Assembly (NCBI RefSeq): GCF_018350175.1
Contig: NC_058368.1
Span: 58,406,001 to 58,470,000 of the forward strand
Reading direction: 5' to 3'
Source of the DNA: Felis catus
Lineage: Eukaryota
DNA length: 64,000 bases
Made by a program: the position numbers and the translations under genes. The notes beneath the pieces are model-generated. The model was not told where the DNA came from. It was given only the letters and a program-made list of their open reading frames with translations, and made no database searches. Positions 23,420-37,168 of the stretch are shown one piece after another (the first letter of the stretch is position 1; the number at the start of each line of letters is the position of its first letter).

Positions 23420-25729
23420 GATAGAAATTATATGGGAAATCTTTGCACTTTTCATTCAGCTTCACTGTGGACCCAAAACTGCCCTAAAAATAGTTTATTA
23501 ATTAGAACAAAATTAAATTCAGAAAAAAAATCATTTAAAATTATATTTTGAATATTAAACACAAGTAGTTTTATACAAATATGAAAGGCATAAAAACAGT
23601 GATACAAGAATTACCCTACACCCACCAACCGTGGAAAGCAGAATATTTTCATGATTTTGAATATCTTGTGGATTCCTTACAGTTTCTATCCCATTTTTTC
23701 TTTCCTTATGCTTTATCGGGCTTTTCTTTGATTTTATTATATATTTTTATCGACAAAAATATGTTATTGTGTATGTTTCTAAGTATTGTATAAAACAAAT
23801 CATGGTGCACATGTCCCTCTTTTTGCCTCAGATAGAAATATTCCTATGGCTGCTGAATCTTAAATATGTACCTTCGGTAGTGAAACATACTCTTATTTCT
23901 TTCATATACTATATTACATGAACATATCATAGTAAGCCCATTATTGGAAATATCTCAGTCCTAACTTTTTCCCCATCTTGGTTTAACAGTTCCCTTTTAC
24001 CTTGTAGTAAGAATGAAGGGATGACACTTCTTTCCTGAAATCCAATGTTAATGACTGCACTTGAGAATGAATATTTTGAGTTTTTTCTTCTGCTTCTTGA
24101 TGTTAGACAGTGGAAACAATTAACATCATCCTTATATGTATGCTTCATGAAAAGTTCAGAAAGTACAGGTTTAACCAAAAATGGCAAGATATTCTACTAC
24201 TCTCTCTACTCTAGCCTTCCTGTGGAAGGCACTACTGCCTCTGTTCTCAGTGAAATATACTTACCTGGCATGCCACTCCATGTTTACTGGCATTGGAGCA
24301 TGGACCCTCACAGGGACAGCTTTTAAAAAAGGATTTAATAATTATAGATTAAACTTTCATATAACTAGATTTTTTTGTTTCCTCATTAAAAAAAAAGAAA
24401 GAAAACAACTGGTCTAATATTTTGTCCTAATGATGTTTAAATTTCAAGTGACAAAAAAAATCACCTTCAATTGGCACAGACAAAATAGGTAATATTTCAA
24501 CACTAGATCAATTCTTTGATCCACGTGTATTGGTTACTGAAAATACGTGCATCATGTGTCATACCTTGACCAAAGGGCAGGACACCGGGTTTAAAATCCC
24601 CCACTGCAACTACATAATCTCAATCAAGGAAATAGTTCTTAAAAGGAAAGGAAATTCTGATAGATTGTTAGATGGCGTTGGTTTAAAGACGCAAGATTAA
24701 GGCTGTCACTTATTTTAACATTAAAATACTGCCTTCCTATAATCTAACTCAAAAATGGAAAATATTTTACCCACTTGGCTAAGGAATGGAAAGCATTGTA
24801 GCTGAAAGTTCTCAGTTTACATCATTTTATTTTGTAAGTTTTGTGGGTTGCTAGAAGCAACGTTAGTTAGAATCCATTCCTAGTTTCAGGTACTCTGGCC
24901 ACCCCTGTGAATGTGAACCTGGTACTGGACTTCCTTTTCTCTCTTCTTATTCTGTCATTCTTCCTGTTACTCATCATATTGGAATATTGTCCCTTGGATT
25001 CTCTACACTGGTAGGAGCCCATTCCTAGATGCCACATAGAGACAAGGGGATTAGCCTAAGCCAGTTAATATTAAGGAAACTCAAATTTTAAAAAGACACT
25101 TTTAAATCCTTTAAGCCAATATGACTGACAACTCTTAACTCAGAGGTCCCAGTGTGGTAAACTCACCAGGGGTAGGAGTGGGAGCAAAGTTCCTACATAA
25201 GAGGGGAGAAAAAATTACTTTTTCCTCTCTTTTCATGCCTATGGAATATTGTCTCAGAGATAAATAGAAATGCGCCCATGCCAATGCAGCTTTGTAATGA
25301 AAAACAGTCTCATAGACAAAATGATTCAATGCTGCCTGTTTGTTGTTAATTAGCTTGGGGAAATGGGATCTGTTGACATAGTTTTTAATGGCCTTTTAAA
25401 ATGGCTTTGTGGTCACTGGCCTGTTTAAATAAAGGTCTTTTCACTGACTCAGTGTCTGATCTTCCCACAGACTATTAATAATGATGTAGTATGTATGACT
25501 TACGTCTAAATCCTTTCACATTTTAAAAACTGTTCAGCAATTAAAATGACTTTTTAGTATAATCTTTAATTTTGCTTGCAATCTTCATTATACTCTTTAG
25601 TAGAATGATTGCAACATTCTCTCTATTCTTTAGTAAAATATTAGAAATAAGTATTTCTAGAAGAACACAGATGGACAAAATCATCTTGTGCTCTCTCTCT
25701 GCACACACACATATACTCACACACTGGGA

Positions 25730-26665
25730 TCTTGAACTGACAGGTACGTTCCATCCATTAAGGAGACTTTCAACAATACAGTATTTTTTTTTAATATAAA
25801 GAATGTAGACTTAAATATAAAGCGCTTTCTTCTTCCAATAATTAGTGGCTTTACTTATTTTTTTCTCTCTTAATGCATTTTTGTTTCTTTGTTGTTCTTA
25901 AAGTAATGAGCTAATCAAGATTATTCCCTTACTGTTCTATACATTATAAAATACTCTGAAAGACTTGCCTTTTCAATGTGAAGCCTAAATTCGGTGAGAT
26001 AATGCTCACGTCTTTGGATTTATATAACCTAACTTTTGTTCTTGTGTTTTAAAAAACACTCTCATGTGCATGCTTTTAATTACCTGTTACCATAAGTTGT
26101 TTTTCTTGAAGGAATAGACTCACTTTTGTCATTATTGTGAAACATGCAAATACCCAAGTTAGGTAAGTCCCACTCGGTCAATTGTCTGCTCAAGTAAAAT
26201 GGTCTTTCATGAAAATGCAGCCATTCAGCTCACAATTCACACAATTGTTCAAGTTCTTTCCTCATGACAAAAAAGATACACGCAGGCTTCTCATTTTTAC
26301 ACAAAGACTATTAATGCAGTGTTAACTCAGGGTCCAGGAATTAATAAAATTAAATAAATAACAAGTTCATAAATTCCTGCTTAATAAATTTTCACTAAGA
26401 CTACTCTTAAGTGAAATTGGCATATTTCTCCTGGGACTATTTAGGAGTAAAGAATACAATGGCTGGTATAACTGTTTGGTTTCCCTGACTTAATAACCTG
26501 CTAAGCTGCCAGCAGTTTTGTCCATCACTGTTTATGAGTTGTCAGTGGAAATATCAACAGTGAAAATAAAAACATTGCCTTACTGTTATAAGGAAATAAG
26601 TTTTGACCTCACACTTCAAGTGCCCAGTTGACAATCAGTGATATGCAGACCACATGTTAAGAATA
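25730..26665. mobile_element. Charlie1-like hAT DNA transposon fossil
   Basis: caagtaaaatggtctttcatgaaaa, cagctcacaattcacacaattg, aagtgaaattggcat, gttttgacctc...gaccacatgttaagaa resemble Charlie1/1a. Confidence 0.65.
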
Positions 26666-26769
26666 AATTGGTCTAGGGGACTTGGCTTCCTTTCTTGTTC
26701 TGCAAACTTGCAACATTTGAATATTGAGTAGCTTTTGTCCCTGAAGTGTTCTTTTCTTTTCTTGGAAGT

Positions 26770-27120
26770 ATCTTGGCATAATAAAACAGAAGTTTATTTC
26801 GTGCTGGATCCAAGTCTCTTGTGATGTGGGTGAAACTCCAGGGTAGACGTGCTCTATTTGGCAGCAATTCCGGCTGCTTTGTTCATATACTATCTTTTCT
26901 CAACACATACTTCCAACATCGCTGGGATGAGGGAAAACGGTACCAGAGGCAATGGTAATTAAAAATCTTAGCCCAGAAGTGGCACATTATTTCTGCTAAT
27001 TAATTATCCATTGGCTAGAATCAATCATATGATCCCACTAAACTTTAAAGTCATTTGAAATGTATTGCTCCCGATGCCCAGACAGCAGGGAGAAGTAGAT
27101 AAGAGCACTAAAATACACTA
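26770..27120 (-). mobile_element. Old MaLR LTR (MLT1K/L-like)
   Basis: aacagaagtttatttc...gcccagaagtggcacattatttctgct...ccattggctagaatcaatcatatg. Confidence 0.6.
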
Positions 27121-27134
27121 TTAAATCTCATTGT

Positions 27135-27500
27135 GCATTCATTAGTTAAATGTTTCTGGAGTTCCAATTTGTACCAGGACTTTTGCTGGACATTTTTGAT
27201 TAATAGACTAAAAGAGGCAGTACCTGGCCTCACTCCAGGGCAATGGAGATAAATAGATAATAGAATAAAATGTGGTAAACGTTACAATACAGTAAGTACA
27301 TGCAGTGTTTCACCTGCTTCTGAGAAATGGTGTTAGAAAAGCAGAGACAGACCCACTGGCTTTGAGAACCTGGAGACATTGTTAACCCTCACAGGAAGGA
27401 GCAATTTCTATGGAACTGTGGTGATTAAATTGAATCCTAGAGAAATAAAGAATTTGAGAAAGCATACAGATGATATATGTATAGAACAATTTTAAATGAA
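27135..27500 (-). mobile_element. L2 fragments
   Basis: cattcattagttaaatgtttctggagttcc...tgtaccaggac; ggagacattgttaaccctcacagg...gcaatttc. Confidence 0.45.
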
Positions 27501-28899
27501 TCTAGGGGATAATTTGAAAAATTGCCTCTGAGAAAATGAAAAACCATAAGGCCAGTGTGTTTGGTAAAGTCCTGAGAAAGTAGGAATGGTGAGAAATTAG
27601 AGTAGGGCAAAATAAAGCCTGCATTCTGTGTTGTTGGTCATTGTAGTTTTTGGTGAAATGCCAATTTCCAGATACTAATCAAATTATTTCCTTAGAATTA
27701 AAGCGTTTTCCCCCATTTTTAATATCTGTTATGGATGCTAAACATGAACTTGAATGTCAAAACCTTGCTTTACTTTGATCACGGATAGGGTATTTGTTTG
27801 GCAAAGAAACTGGAAGTTTAAACTCTCAACAGAGGCTTTCTGCTGAAACAGGAGATGTGTGCTCCTCTGTCAGGCAAATAACAGAAGGGGTTTTGTGTAA
27901 GGCCACATAAGCATAAAAATGGCAGATGCCCTTACTTTCAACAGCTCAAAATGTACAGTCTGAACAAAGCATTCATCATTGGACACACAATGAGGACTTC
28001 TAGATGTCAAAGGAAGAGATGGTTGGATGATTAGGGTGCCATTTTGTCAAACAATAGAGTAGTTTCATTCACTTTCAGAATAATTGTCCTTTTTTCTTGA
28101 ATTTCATGACACTATCTCTTCACTTTCAACAAAACAAGGAACAAAGCCATTGATTGTAAGCACTATTTTTAATCACTGCCCAAACAGGAAAAAAAAAAGT
28201 TAATAATTAGTTAAGTAAAATGGTATCAATAAATAAAGTTTACTTTGGTATTCAAGTGAATTGTCTCTACAAGAAATACGTGTAAACATTTTCAATGCAA
28301 AGTTGTCTGGTGTTATCAAAGTTTATATCTTTATGACTTGAAAATATACTTAAATTTAAAATAAACAATAAAATTGCAGTAGTTACATTATGATGTCATA
28401 ATAACTGAATTCTGTGAGAATGAGACATTTATTTTCATGTGTGTGTATATGTTTGTATGTGTGTTTACAGGTTTTTATTTATATAGAATAAGAATTTCTA
28501 CATTTCTGTGATCTCTTTATCAAAAACCTGTTAAATTAATTATGATAGAAAACTAAAGTTTCCTTTTTTCTTAAACATATTATCTAATAACATGTGATTA
28601 CTTCAGTAATTTTTTTCAATTTTTCTTTTATATCAACTCACACTCAACTTATTCTTAATTGCAATTTCTCAGTCTTAAAACATTACATATTTATCCAAGA
28701 CTTTGTTTTATTTTTGCCAGAAAATAATGTTCTTTTACAACTTCCAAAGAATAAAAATATGTCAATATGTCTATATTTTATTTTTAAGTGAAAATAATGG
28801 CAATTTGGTTAATCAAGTCATTCTTATAGAATGTATCCCTCTGTTGCTATATCTTTGCCATTGGTATTGTTTTCAGCAACACCAACATATTTGAAAGAT

Positions 28900-29105
28900 T
28901 GAGAATTTTGGAATCAGACAGACTTGTATTCATACTCTGAATCCTGTACTTACTAACTCTTTGACCTTGAATAAGTTACCTACTGATACATAAAGTAGCA
29001 TAAGATCTAACTGGCTGAGAAAGATTACTTGGTGCATTGCACACAAACTGTTTCAAAAACTACAGACATACATTAAACATTTAATAAATCACAATCATTA
29101 TTTTT
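28900..29105 (+). mobile_element. MIR fragment
   Basis: ttttggaatcagacagacttg...tgaatcctgtacttactaactctttgaccttgaataagttacc. Confidence 0.65.
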
Positions 29106-29149
29106 CCTATTAGTATCATCTTTGCCTCGAAAATCAGGTTTTCGAGTGT

Positions 29150-29213
29150 AACATGAATTTGAGCTCCAGCTGGGTTGTAGAAGATTACTTAAATAAATAA
29201 AACTTAAAAAAAT
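29150..29213 (+). mobile_element. 5'-truncated short-type CAN-SINE
   Basis: catgaatttgagctcc...gggttgtagaagattacttaaataaataaaacttaaaaaaa, similar to 22705-22765. Confidence 0.7.
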
Positions 29214-29709
29214 ATGGTGATATTGATGTGCTAAACCAAAATCTGCTGCACAAGAAACACAGCAGTCTTTCTAAATTCTAGTCCAAAAACATTGGCAATA
29301 AATTGTATACAGCCAAAGAAATCACACATTTTTTTTGAAAATTTGAAAAAACCTGAAATTTCTCAGATAAATAAATAACCTGGACATTTGGAGATCTTAT
29401 AATTGAGGGATTATAAAAATCCAGTCACTCTAGAGCATTGACCTCAAACATATACTTAAGAATAAGCTATTAAGTTATTTCTAAGACAGTCAGAAAACCA
29501 AAGATTACTAAACATTCAGGAAATTCTACCAAAGTGAAAAAGACAGATATGAAACATAAACAAAAAGAAAAAATATTTAAAGCTGACCAGAGAAAATGTA
29601 AAAAGTACAACCAAGCTTAAAATAAACATGAATAAATTTTCAGTGAGATAATAAACAATACTGAATTTAAATCATCCAGGAGAAACTGGATCATTGTGGT
29701 AGAAAAGGC

Positions 29710-30090
29710 CACTTCAGTGGCTTAAGAAAATAAACATATATGTATTTACACTATTATTATTATTAGCATTATTATTATTAATATTATTATTATTAATCAT
29801 TTAATGTTGCTTTGGTGTTGATGGTAGTAGTAATACTAGTAATCGTATTTCTTCAAAGTTTACTCTGGTTGTAGATGACTCTCAGGGTCACACAATATTC
29901 AAGTGAATAGAGGCTCCAGAATCCTATAGGAGCACCTCCTGTACACACATGTCTTTTCATCAACTGGGTAGGAAATGGCATTACTGAATTGTTTTACAGC
30001 AATAATTAAATGCCCAGAAAGAAAAGGAAACATGTCAGTGCTCGTGAGGCCATCTATCTTCAATGGGAATAAGAGAGCAGGATCCTTCCA
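29710..30090 (-). mobile_element. Old MaLR (MLT1-like) remnant containing (TAT)n at 29752-29795
   Basis: agtggcttaagaaaataaac, then MLT1K/L-like internal motifs. Confidence 0.35.
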
Positions 30091-30149
30091 CTGACTTGGG
30101 AAGTAAATTAAAATTAAATAAATTAAAATTTAAATATAAGTATAATGCT

Positions 30150-31350
30150 AGCAACTAAAATATCAAAAAGGAAGATACAATTCTTACATGTTGTAATTGT
30201 GACAAAAAAATAAATAAATTCAGTTGTGAGAATGGAAAGGAAAAATGTGAAGATCTCCAAGGTTACAGAAAAATACTAGAAAGATCACTATAATAGAAGA
30301 TAAATAGAAAATTGTAAAGAAAGAACAGCAAAAGGAGTAGACAGGGCTATTAAAGAAATAATACATGAAACATCATGTTTGAATTCAACAGGCTCATTCT
30401 CATTAGTGAATGATGACTAGAAAGACACACTTCAAGGTACTTCATTGTAAAATGTTGGAACAGTGACTTCCATTGAGGAAAAAAATCACTTTCAAAATAA
30501 TTGAAATGAAAATGAAAAGTCATTAGAATTCTCAAATGCAACATTGGATTGTAGAAGATAATTGAGTAATTTCTTCAAATTACTGAGAAAAAATGATTTT
30601 GAAATTATTAAATTATCATCATTCTTCTTTGAAAGTATAATAAAGATACTGATGACAAAGTAAAGGTGGCCCACCTTATCCTTTCCTAGGAGGTTCCTGT
30701 AACTAGAACTTTAACAGAAGAAAGAATTAATTTTTTGTAAAGAGGGAGATACATGATCAAGAAAGAAAAGAAAATCCTATGGGGTAAACAGGAAGTCTCA
30801 CAGTGAGATTCTATATACAGTGGAATAAAATCGATCTGGCTGGCAGCAGCAAACTGGTATGCTAAAGAAGGGAAGGCCTTTGCATTACAAATAACAGAAA
30901 AGCCAGAAACAAGAATGGGGGGGGGGGGTGGAGAGGAGAAACAGGATAACTGATATTGAGGATTTAAACCTCTATTTGATCACTCAGGGAAAAAAAAATA
31001 TTGGAAACACATAAATAGACTGTATATAATAGCATAAACATCAAAGTATCTGTTTTACCAAAATTGTTATAAACATATATGATAAGATATGGAGAGGGTA
31101 AACCCTGTGAAGAATTTAAAATAGGTAAATATTAAAACGCCATGAAGAAAGTAAATTTAAAAAGTCAAAAACTAATGAATCAGATCATGTCAGCATAAAA
31201 AAATTATTTAGAAATGTAGAAGGAAAATTAATAGAGAACAAGTTTTAAAAAGTTGGATGTAAATAGATCCAAATTGTGGAAATATGGGACAGGAGACCAC
31301 TATATTTCATTAAATTTTATCATTTAAATAGCATACTTTAAAATATTCAG
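30150..31350 (+). mobile_element. HAL1 or ancient L1 ORF1-like fragment
   Basis: A-rich; agacacacttcaaggtacttcattgtaaaatgttggaac, gcaacattggattgtagaagataattgagtaatttcttcaaattactgagaaaaaatgattttgaa resemble the ORF1 C-terminal half. Confidence 0.55.
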
Positions 31351-31798
31351 ATAGATGCTGGCTTGCTACAATTTTGATAATAATAAGGCAAAGAATATGT
31401 AGACTTAAAACCTATTTGTTGACAGTTGCTTTCCATGACTGCTAAAATCATAAACTGCTTTCATATGTTTATATGGTGAGTCTTAAATACAATAGGATGT
31501 TAAAAGGTATTTTGGGGGTGGTATTCTGCAAAGGATAAGGAATTTGGTAATAAATTGTGCTAAATTTTGGCTAACTAGGTAGACTAGAGAAAACATTCAG
31601 AGAACAGAGTAATTGAATTTTATTAAAAAAATGCACTTTCAGTCCACTATGGGCTTTCTGTCCATGATTGACTCTCTGTAGCCTTTTTTTCAAGTGTGTG
31701 GAAGAAACTGGTAAGAAGAGGATATAATTTTCAATTGAAACAAATCCAATTTAGTAACTAAATCCCGGATGTATTCTTTCTTAATCAGTAGATTAAGA

Positions 31799-32010
31799 TA
31801 GGAGTTGGCAAAATATAGTCATAGGCCAAATCTGTCTCCTATTTTTTCAAACTGTTTTGTTGGGGCAAAGGTATGGACATTCATTATGTATTGTCTATGA
31901 TTGCCTTTGTGCGTCACAGGAGAAGTCGATCACTTTGTACATGGAACGTATGGTTCACAGAAGTTAAGGTATTTACTATCTGGTGCTTTGCAGAAGTTTA
32001 CCAACCCTTA
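31799..32010. mobile_element. MER58A hAT-Charlie MITE
   Basis: Degenerate TIRs taggagttggcaaa...tttaccaaccctt; internal ggccaaatctg and tatttactatctgg. Confidence 0.8.
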
Positions 32011-33411
32011 TACTGACAGATCGATGATTACTTTTGCTCTAGTTTTCTTAGTCCTGCTGCATTTTCAGATCAGTACGAAAGTGCATCTGAAAACAAAAAA
32101 TAATTACCACAGTCATCCTAACATTTCGGTCAAAAAATAGTTTATGCAAATTTGTATTCTGGTGACTGGAATTAATATTTCTAAGTCATTCAAAATAACA
32201 GTTACGAAGTGAGATTTTTTTTTGAGAAACAGGTGTTAGATTTTGTTTTGTCTTTGTCTTGAGCTCATTTCTTCAGTAACAAAATGAAAAAGAGAAAGTT
32301 AATCTGTTAAATTTTAATAAAGAAAATCGGCACTAATACTTCCAAATCAAATGTTTCCAAATAGATCAAAAGATTAATAATGTAAAGGGAAGAAAGAAAA
32401 AACACTTTAGAGCATGTATATATATCAGTAAAGATGAATTATAATTGTTTATAAAATGTTCCCAGTGGAATTTTCTTGAAAATATTCTAGTTCTGTATAC
32501 ATGGCCAGCATGTATGCTGACTTGCAAATTCTAAATATAACAGTGACTTTTACATTCTTCAAATTGTATGTTCATTGGAAATATAAAATTTCTCGTGTAT
32601 GAATAGTTTTATTGAAGTGTTCGATTCATCTTGTACCATCAAGATTATGCCTACCCTGGTTTGAATGGCAAAATGTATGCATTCAGGAAAAAAGTATATC
32701 ATTGATTTTAACTGTTTGGCTGTGGGCATGACTAGTCACTGGCAAATCCTTCAACTACAAATAAAACTGGTCCAACTGATTCAGTGTTATAAAATTGAAG
32801 AGGTACTTATTCTTAGTAAAAAGGATAATAAGCATTGCAATAATTAGTAACATGAGCCCCAAACTGTTTGCATCAAAATTCCAAATACTTGAGAAGATAT
32901 GTGTCTATTGGATCTCTTCTTTTTATTTGGAAACACAATGTAATTGAATGAGCTTCTTGGAGAGTTGACATAATGACATTTCCTGGGTAGAAATCCCTCT
33001 ATTCCTAATATGGGAGGTGCCACCGTTAGCCATGGCCTGGCTGAAATACATGCACCCTGTGTGCCTTAGAGTCCTGGAAATTGTGCATTACTTTTAGCTT
33101 CATTGTTGTTTTCAGTCATCATGTGTTGTTTCCCATTGTTTGTGTTCTTCAATTAGTTTTTCAAAACATTTCAATCATAGCATATATACATGCCTTTTCT
33201 AGAACCCTAAAAACTATTACCTATGACTAAAAATCTGTTGGGGTAAAACTACTAAGTTTCTCTAAGTCTTTTCTCTAATGTTATAGAGAAAGACATTAAC
33301 TATTGGAAAAGTAAATAAATTAAGAAAGGAAAAAGGCTATCCTTTTATTTTAAATATCCAATGAAGTGATAAGCATATGAAGTGTACATGTAAACATTAG
33401 AATTATATTGA

Positions 33412-33632
33412 GGGATGCCTGAGTGGCCCAGTCAGTTAAAGCATCTGACTTCAGCTGAGGACATGATCCATGATTGTGGTTCATGAGTTTCAGTCCCACG
33501 TAGGGCTCTGTGCTGACAGCTCAGAGCCTAGAGCCTGCTTTAGATTCTGTGTCTCCCTCTATCTCTTCCCCTCCCCTGCTCACTCTCTGTCTCACTCTCT
33601 CTCTCTCAAAAATAGACAGACATTAAAAAATG
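33412..33632 (+). mobile_element. CAN-SINE
   Basis: TSD GAATTATWTTGA at 33400-33411 and 33633-33644 (one mismatch). Confidence 0.92.
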
Positions 33633-34244
33633 GAATTATTTTGAAAATCTTATGCCCGGATTTTATTCCAGAAGAATAGATACTAAGAAATGAATAAAAA
33701 GTTCAAATTAGTGAAATGTTTTCAGTTTGAATTTACAATTAAATAAGATAGAAATAATACAACCTAAGAAATGAGAGATGTGGTGCCATGCAACAACAAC
33801 TCTTTAATATACTATAAAGATTTGCATGGTGTTCAGAGTAATGGATACTTGCTTCAATGAACTTGAAAGATAAACTTGATGCAATTAGCTCAAATTCTTT
33901 AAACAAATGATTAACAATTGTTTTAAAACCATGCATTGAGAAGAAATTTGTTCTATTTTCATAAAAACAGTTCAACCTGTATGTATCTCCTGAAAGAAGA
34001 TACATTTTTTTTTTTTTTTAGAATTTGAAATGATTAGTCTAATAAAATGAAATGAGAGATATAGGTTCTTTTAGGGAAAAAACAGAAAAGAACACTGTTC
34101 TCTTAATTTTTGGAAGTGTTGCGCATTTAAAGTATACCAACTACTTGCATATGTATTATATTATATATATTATATGTATTATATGTATTATAATTATTTA
34201 TAAGAGATGCAAGTGTTGAATTTTATGATAAATTATTGTTTAAA

Positions 34245-34460
34245 AAAAATTTTTTTTATCGTTTATTTATTTTTGAGACAGAGAGAAACAGAGCATGAAT
34301 GGGGGAGGGGCAGAGAGAGAGGGAGACACAGAACCGGAAGCAGGCTCCAGGCTCTGAGCCATCAGCCCAGAGCCCGACACGGGGCTCGAACTCACGGAAC
34401 GTGAGATCGTGACCTGAGCTGAAGTCCCACGCTTAACCGACTGAGCCACCCAGGCGCCCC
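34245..34460 (-). mobile_element. Young felid SINEC_Fc
   Basis: Many CpGs retained; perfect 17-bp TSD ATAAATTATTGTTTAAA at 34228-34244 and 34461-34477. Confidence 0.95.
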
Positions 34461-37102
34461 ATAAATTATTGTTTAAATAAAATTTAAACAGCATTCCTAT
34501 ACATTACAAGCTTTCATAATCTTAGGAAATAACCTATGTTACTTTTATTTAGGAATGTATTCATTAGATACTAGAAGGGAAGTTTTGACCTACATTCTTT
34601 TTATTCCAATTTCACATGGCATCCTCTTGTGGAAATAAAATACGATGTTTTCAGGAAGTTATTATAGTATTCATATCCATATCAAAGCCCACTTCCTTTA
34701 ATTTTCTTTTCCTAATATGACTCAGACTTGTTTTTGATAAAAAGTGATGATCAGATGCTGAGACATTAATAGTGCCATTATCTCAGTTACCAGGAAGAAA
34801 AAAATCCTTTCAAAAATATAATGAGACAGTATCTCTTAGACCCTGCCTAGATCCAGTTTTGGAGAAAATTGTCTCACTGTATTTTTATGATGTAAAGCCT
34901 TGTGATGTAAAATTTCTCACTAACCCCATGGATCTGCAACATACCCTGTATTGTAAGGGTCCTGCATTTCTGGAAACATGAATAGCTTAGAGCTATGCCT
35001 ATTGATTTTAAATCACAAGAATGCCTTTTTAAAACATTAAACAATGACAAGCAAATACAAATAGAATATAGTTACTATATATAAATTTAAGTTAAAAATC
35101 TTTAGGTAAAACTATCCTGATTAAATGTGATCCACTAGCCATTCTCACGCATATATGATAAATACACCTTTGAATAAAATGGCTGTTAATAACTGAAAGT
35201 AAGGTGTCATAGTGGTAATATAACAGGTTTTAGCACTGCTAATACATTGGTAGCTTTCATTGGGTTTATGTAAGACATTTCCACGTGGTTACAGCCCTGC
35301 TGAAAGCATGGTGTAGAAGAAAACAACGTGCTATATCTGGCCCTTTATATGTGTATCATTTTTGTATTATTTCAATGGCCACCCTGCTATACTTGGTATT
35401 TGGAACTGGTTTTGTCTACAATCAAGCAGAGTACAATACGCAGGTTAATTATAACATTTAAAGAAAGGAGAAGGAGCAGTAGTTTTTACTAGAATAGGAT
35501 GTCTTTCAAGTCATGAAGCATCTATTTTGAAGACCAAAAACTTGAAATAATTAACTTTTCTTGGCCATAGGATAGCGCTAAACAAAATTGTGTTTCGGGT
35601 CAACATTTTCTACTGTAGATTTATCTGAAGCTTAGGGGAAGGGAAAACAAACTTCAAATACTTAACCAGGTAGAATTCAATGCCAGGCTGGAGATTATCT
35701 GAGAAATACATGATAATTTGTTTGACTTTTTGAACACAGAATATCCATGACTCCATTTCCCAGTTTTCTGTAAACCCACATCTTCTACCTTTTGAAGTGC
35801 AGCCACTGATTTTCTTCATTTTTTCCTATTCTTCATTTTTTCCTAATCATTGTGAATTAGAAGTTACATTGTGGGAGAAATGTATCTTCTCAATCATTAT
35901 TACAAATTCCAGCCATAAATTCTCAATTACTTTCAACAGTGATTTGAACTAACACATGAATGATTGCTCCCTTTTTATTTCTAAGCCCCAAAACTAAATT
36001 AGAAGAAACTCTAAAATAACCAGATTTTCCTACCATCTCCCAGACCAAACTTCTACCCAAACTATGTGGATATTACCAAAAAAATGGAGATAATTTTTTA
36101 AATATTTAGTAATTAATTGCTAGTGGGATAGTAATTTAATTTCTTATTGAGTCTAAGCAAATTTTATTTTCTTTCAAAAATTACCATTTAAAATTAAACA
36201 TATACATATAAGAAAATGATATTTCATACTTTTGCCATTTTTCTTCTTACAGTTCTGTTTTTGCAACAAGATGTGTAGTGTTTTTATCCATTTATCTGCA
36301 GTTTAATTGGCATGTAAAGCAAGGATGTGATTTAATTTTGAAAAGCAAGTTGCAGAAACCAGATAAATGTATTTCATAAATGTAAAACACACATCATAAA
36401 ACATACTTCAGTGTCTATATGTACATTTGTATGTATATTATCTTTCATGAAATAGCTAGGGAGCAATCATTGGCCTTAGTATTCAGGTTGTTTCTGAAAT
36501 GAAAAGTATGCTTTTAAAAAAGTCATTAAGAGGTTAATTTGCTTCATCTATGTCAATGAAGTTAAAAGAATATATCCATACATATTCAATTTAAGATATG
36601 TTAAAAAACAGAAATAAGTGAATATAACTGATACTAATAATTTTTTATTGAAAATTCCATTTAAAATAATAAAGTTTGATATAATATAATCTAATAATAG
36701 TTTTCTAAAAATTTAATGTATTCATGTTATAGGTAGACATATAGAACATTAAATAATCGGTTTTCCAGCTTTGCCTCACCATCTTCCAACCCAATTTTGT
36801 TTTGTGGATTTCATTCTTGAAGGCAATTTTATTTCAAACTAACTATAACCAAGAATGTTTTTTATTAAATTCCATGACATTATTGTGCTAAAATTAGATA
36901 AATGCATGTTACATTAATTTTGAAGTCTCACTGCATGTCAAATGAGATCATACAATCCTTTGGGATAACTGAATTTGCTATTAAATTCTGAATCTGAAAG
37001 TTCACATCAGTTCAGAGTCAATTATCCATTCTTTCCCATGAGAACTCTTTTTGAATAATATATAATTCATTGTTAATTGTGAGAAATTGCTTTCTGAATT
37101 TT

Positions 37103-37168
37103 TTAAGTAATACTCATTTTAAGTATTACTCATTAAGTAATACTCACTTTTTAAATAGATACTCATTT
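37103..37168. repeat. Degenerate tandem repeat of TTAAGTAWTACTCA(T)n, ~4 copies
   Basis: Directly visible. Confidence 0.7.

Larger units (their letters stand above)
22350..23505 (+). mobile_element. L1MC/L1MD-type 3' end with two nested SINEs
   Basis: actttggaagacac...ttcttacaaaactaaacatactcttacc, acccatagaatgtacaacatcaagagagaacc, ttgataatgggggtggctatgc. Confidence 0.85.

Noticed and set aside
24257..24420. U1 snRNA gene or full pseudogene
   Set aside because: Identity stops after 14 nt; no U1 stem-loops or Sm site follow
29126..29146. Hairpin CTCGAAAA-TCAGG-TTTTCGAG as a terminator or structured RNA
   Set aside because: An 8-bp stem is expected by chance in 64 kb, and there is no supporting context
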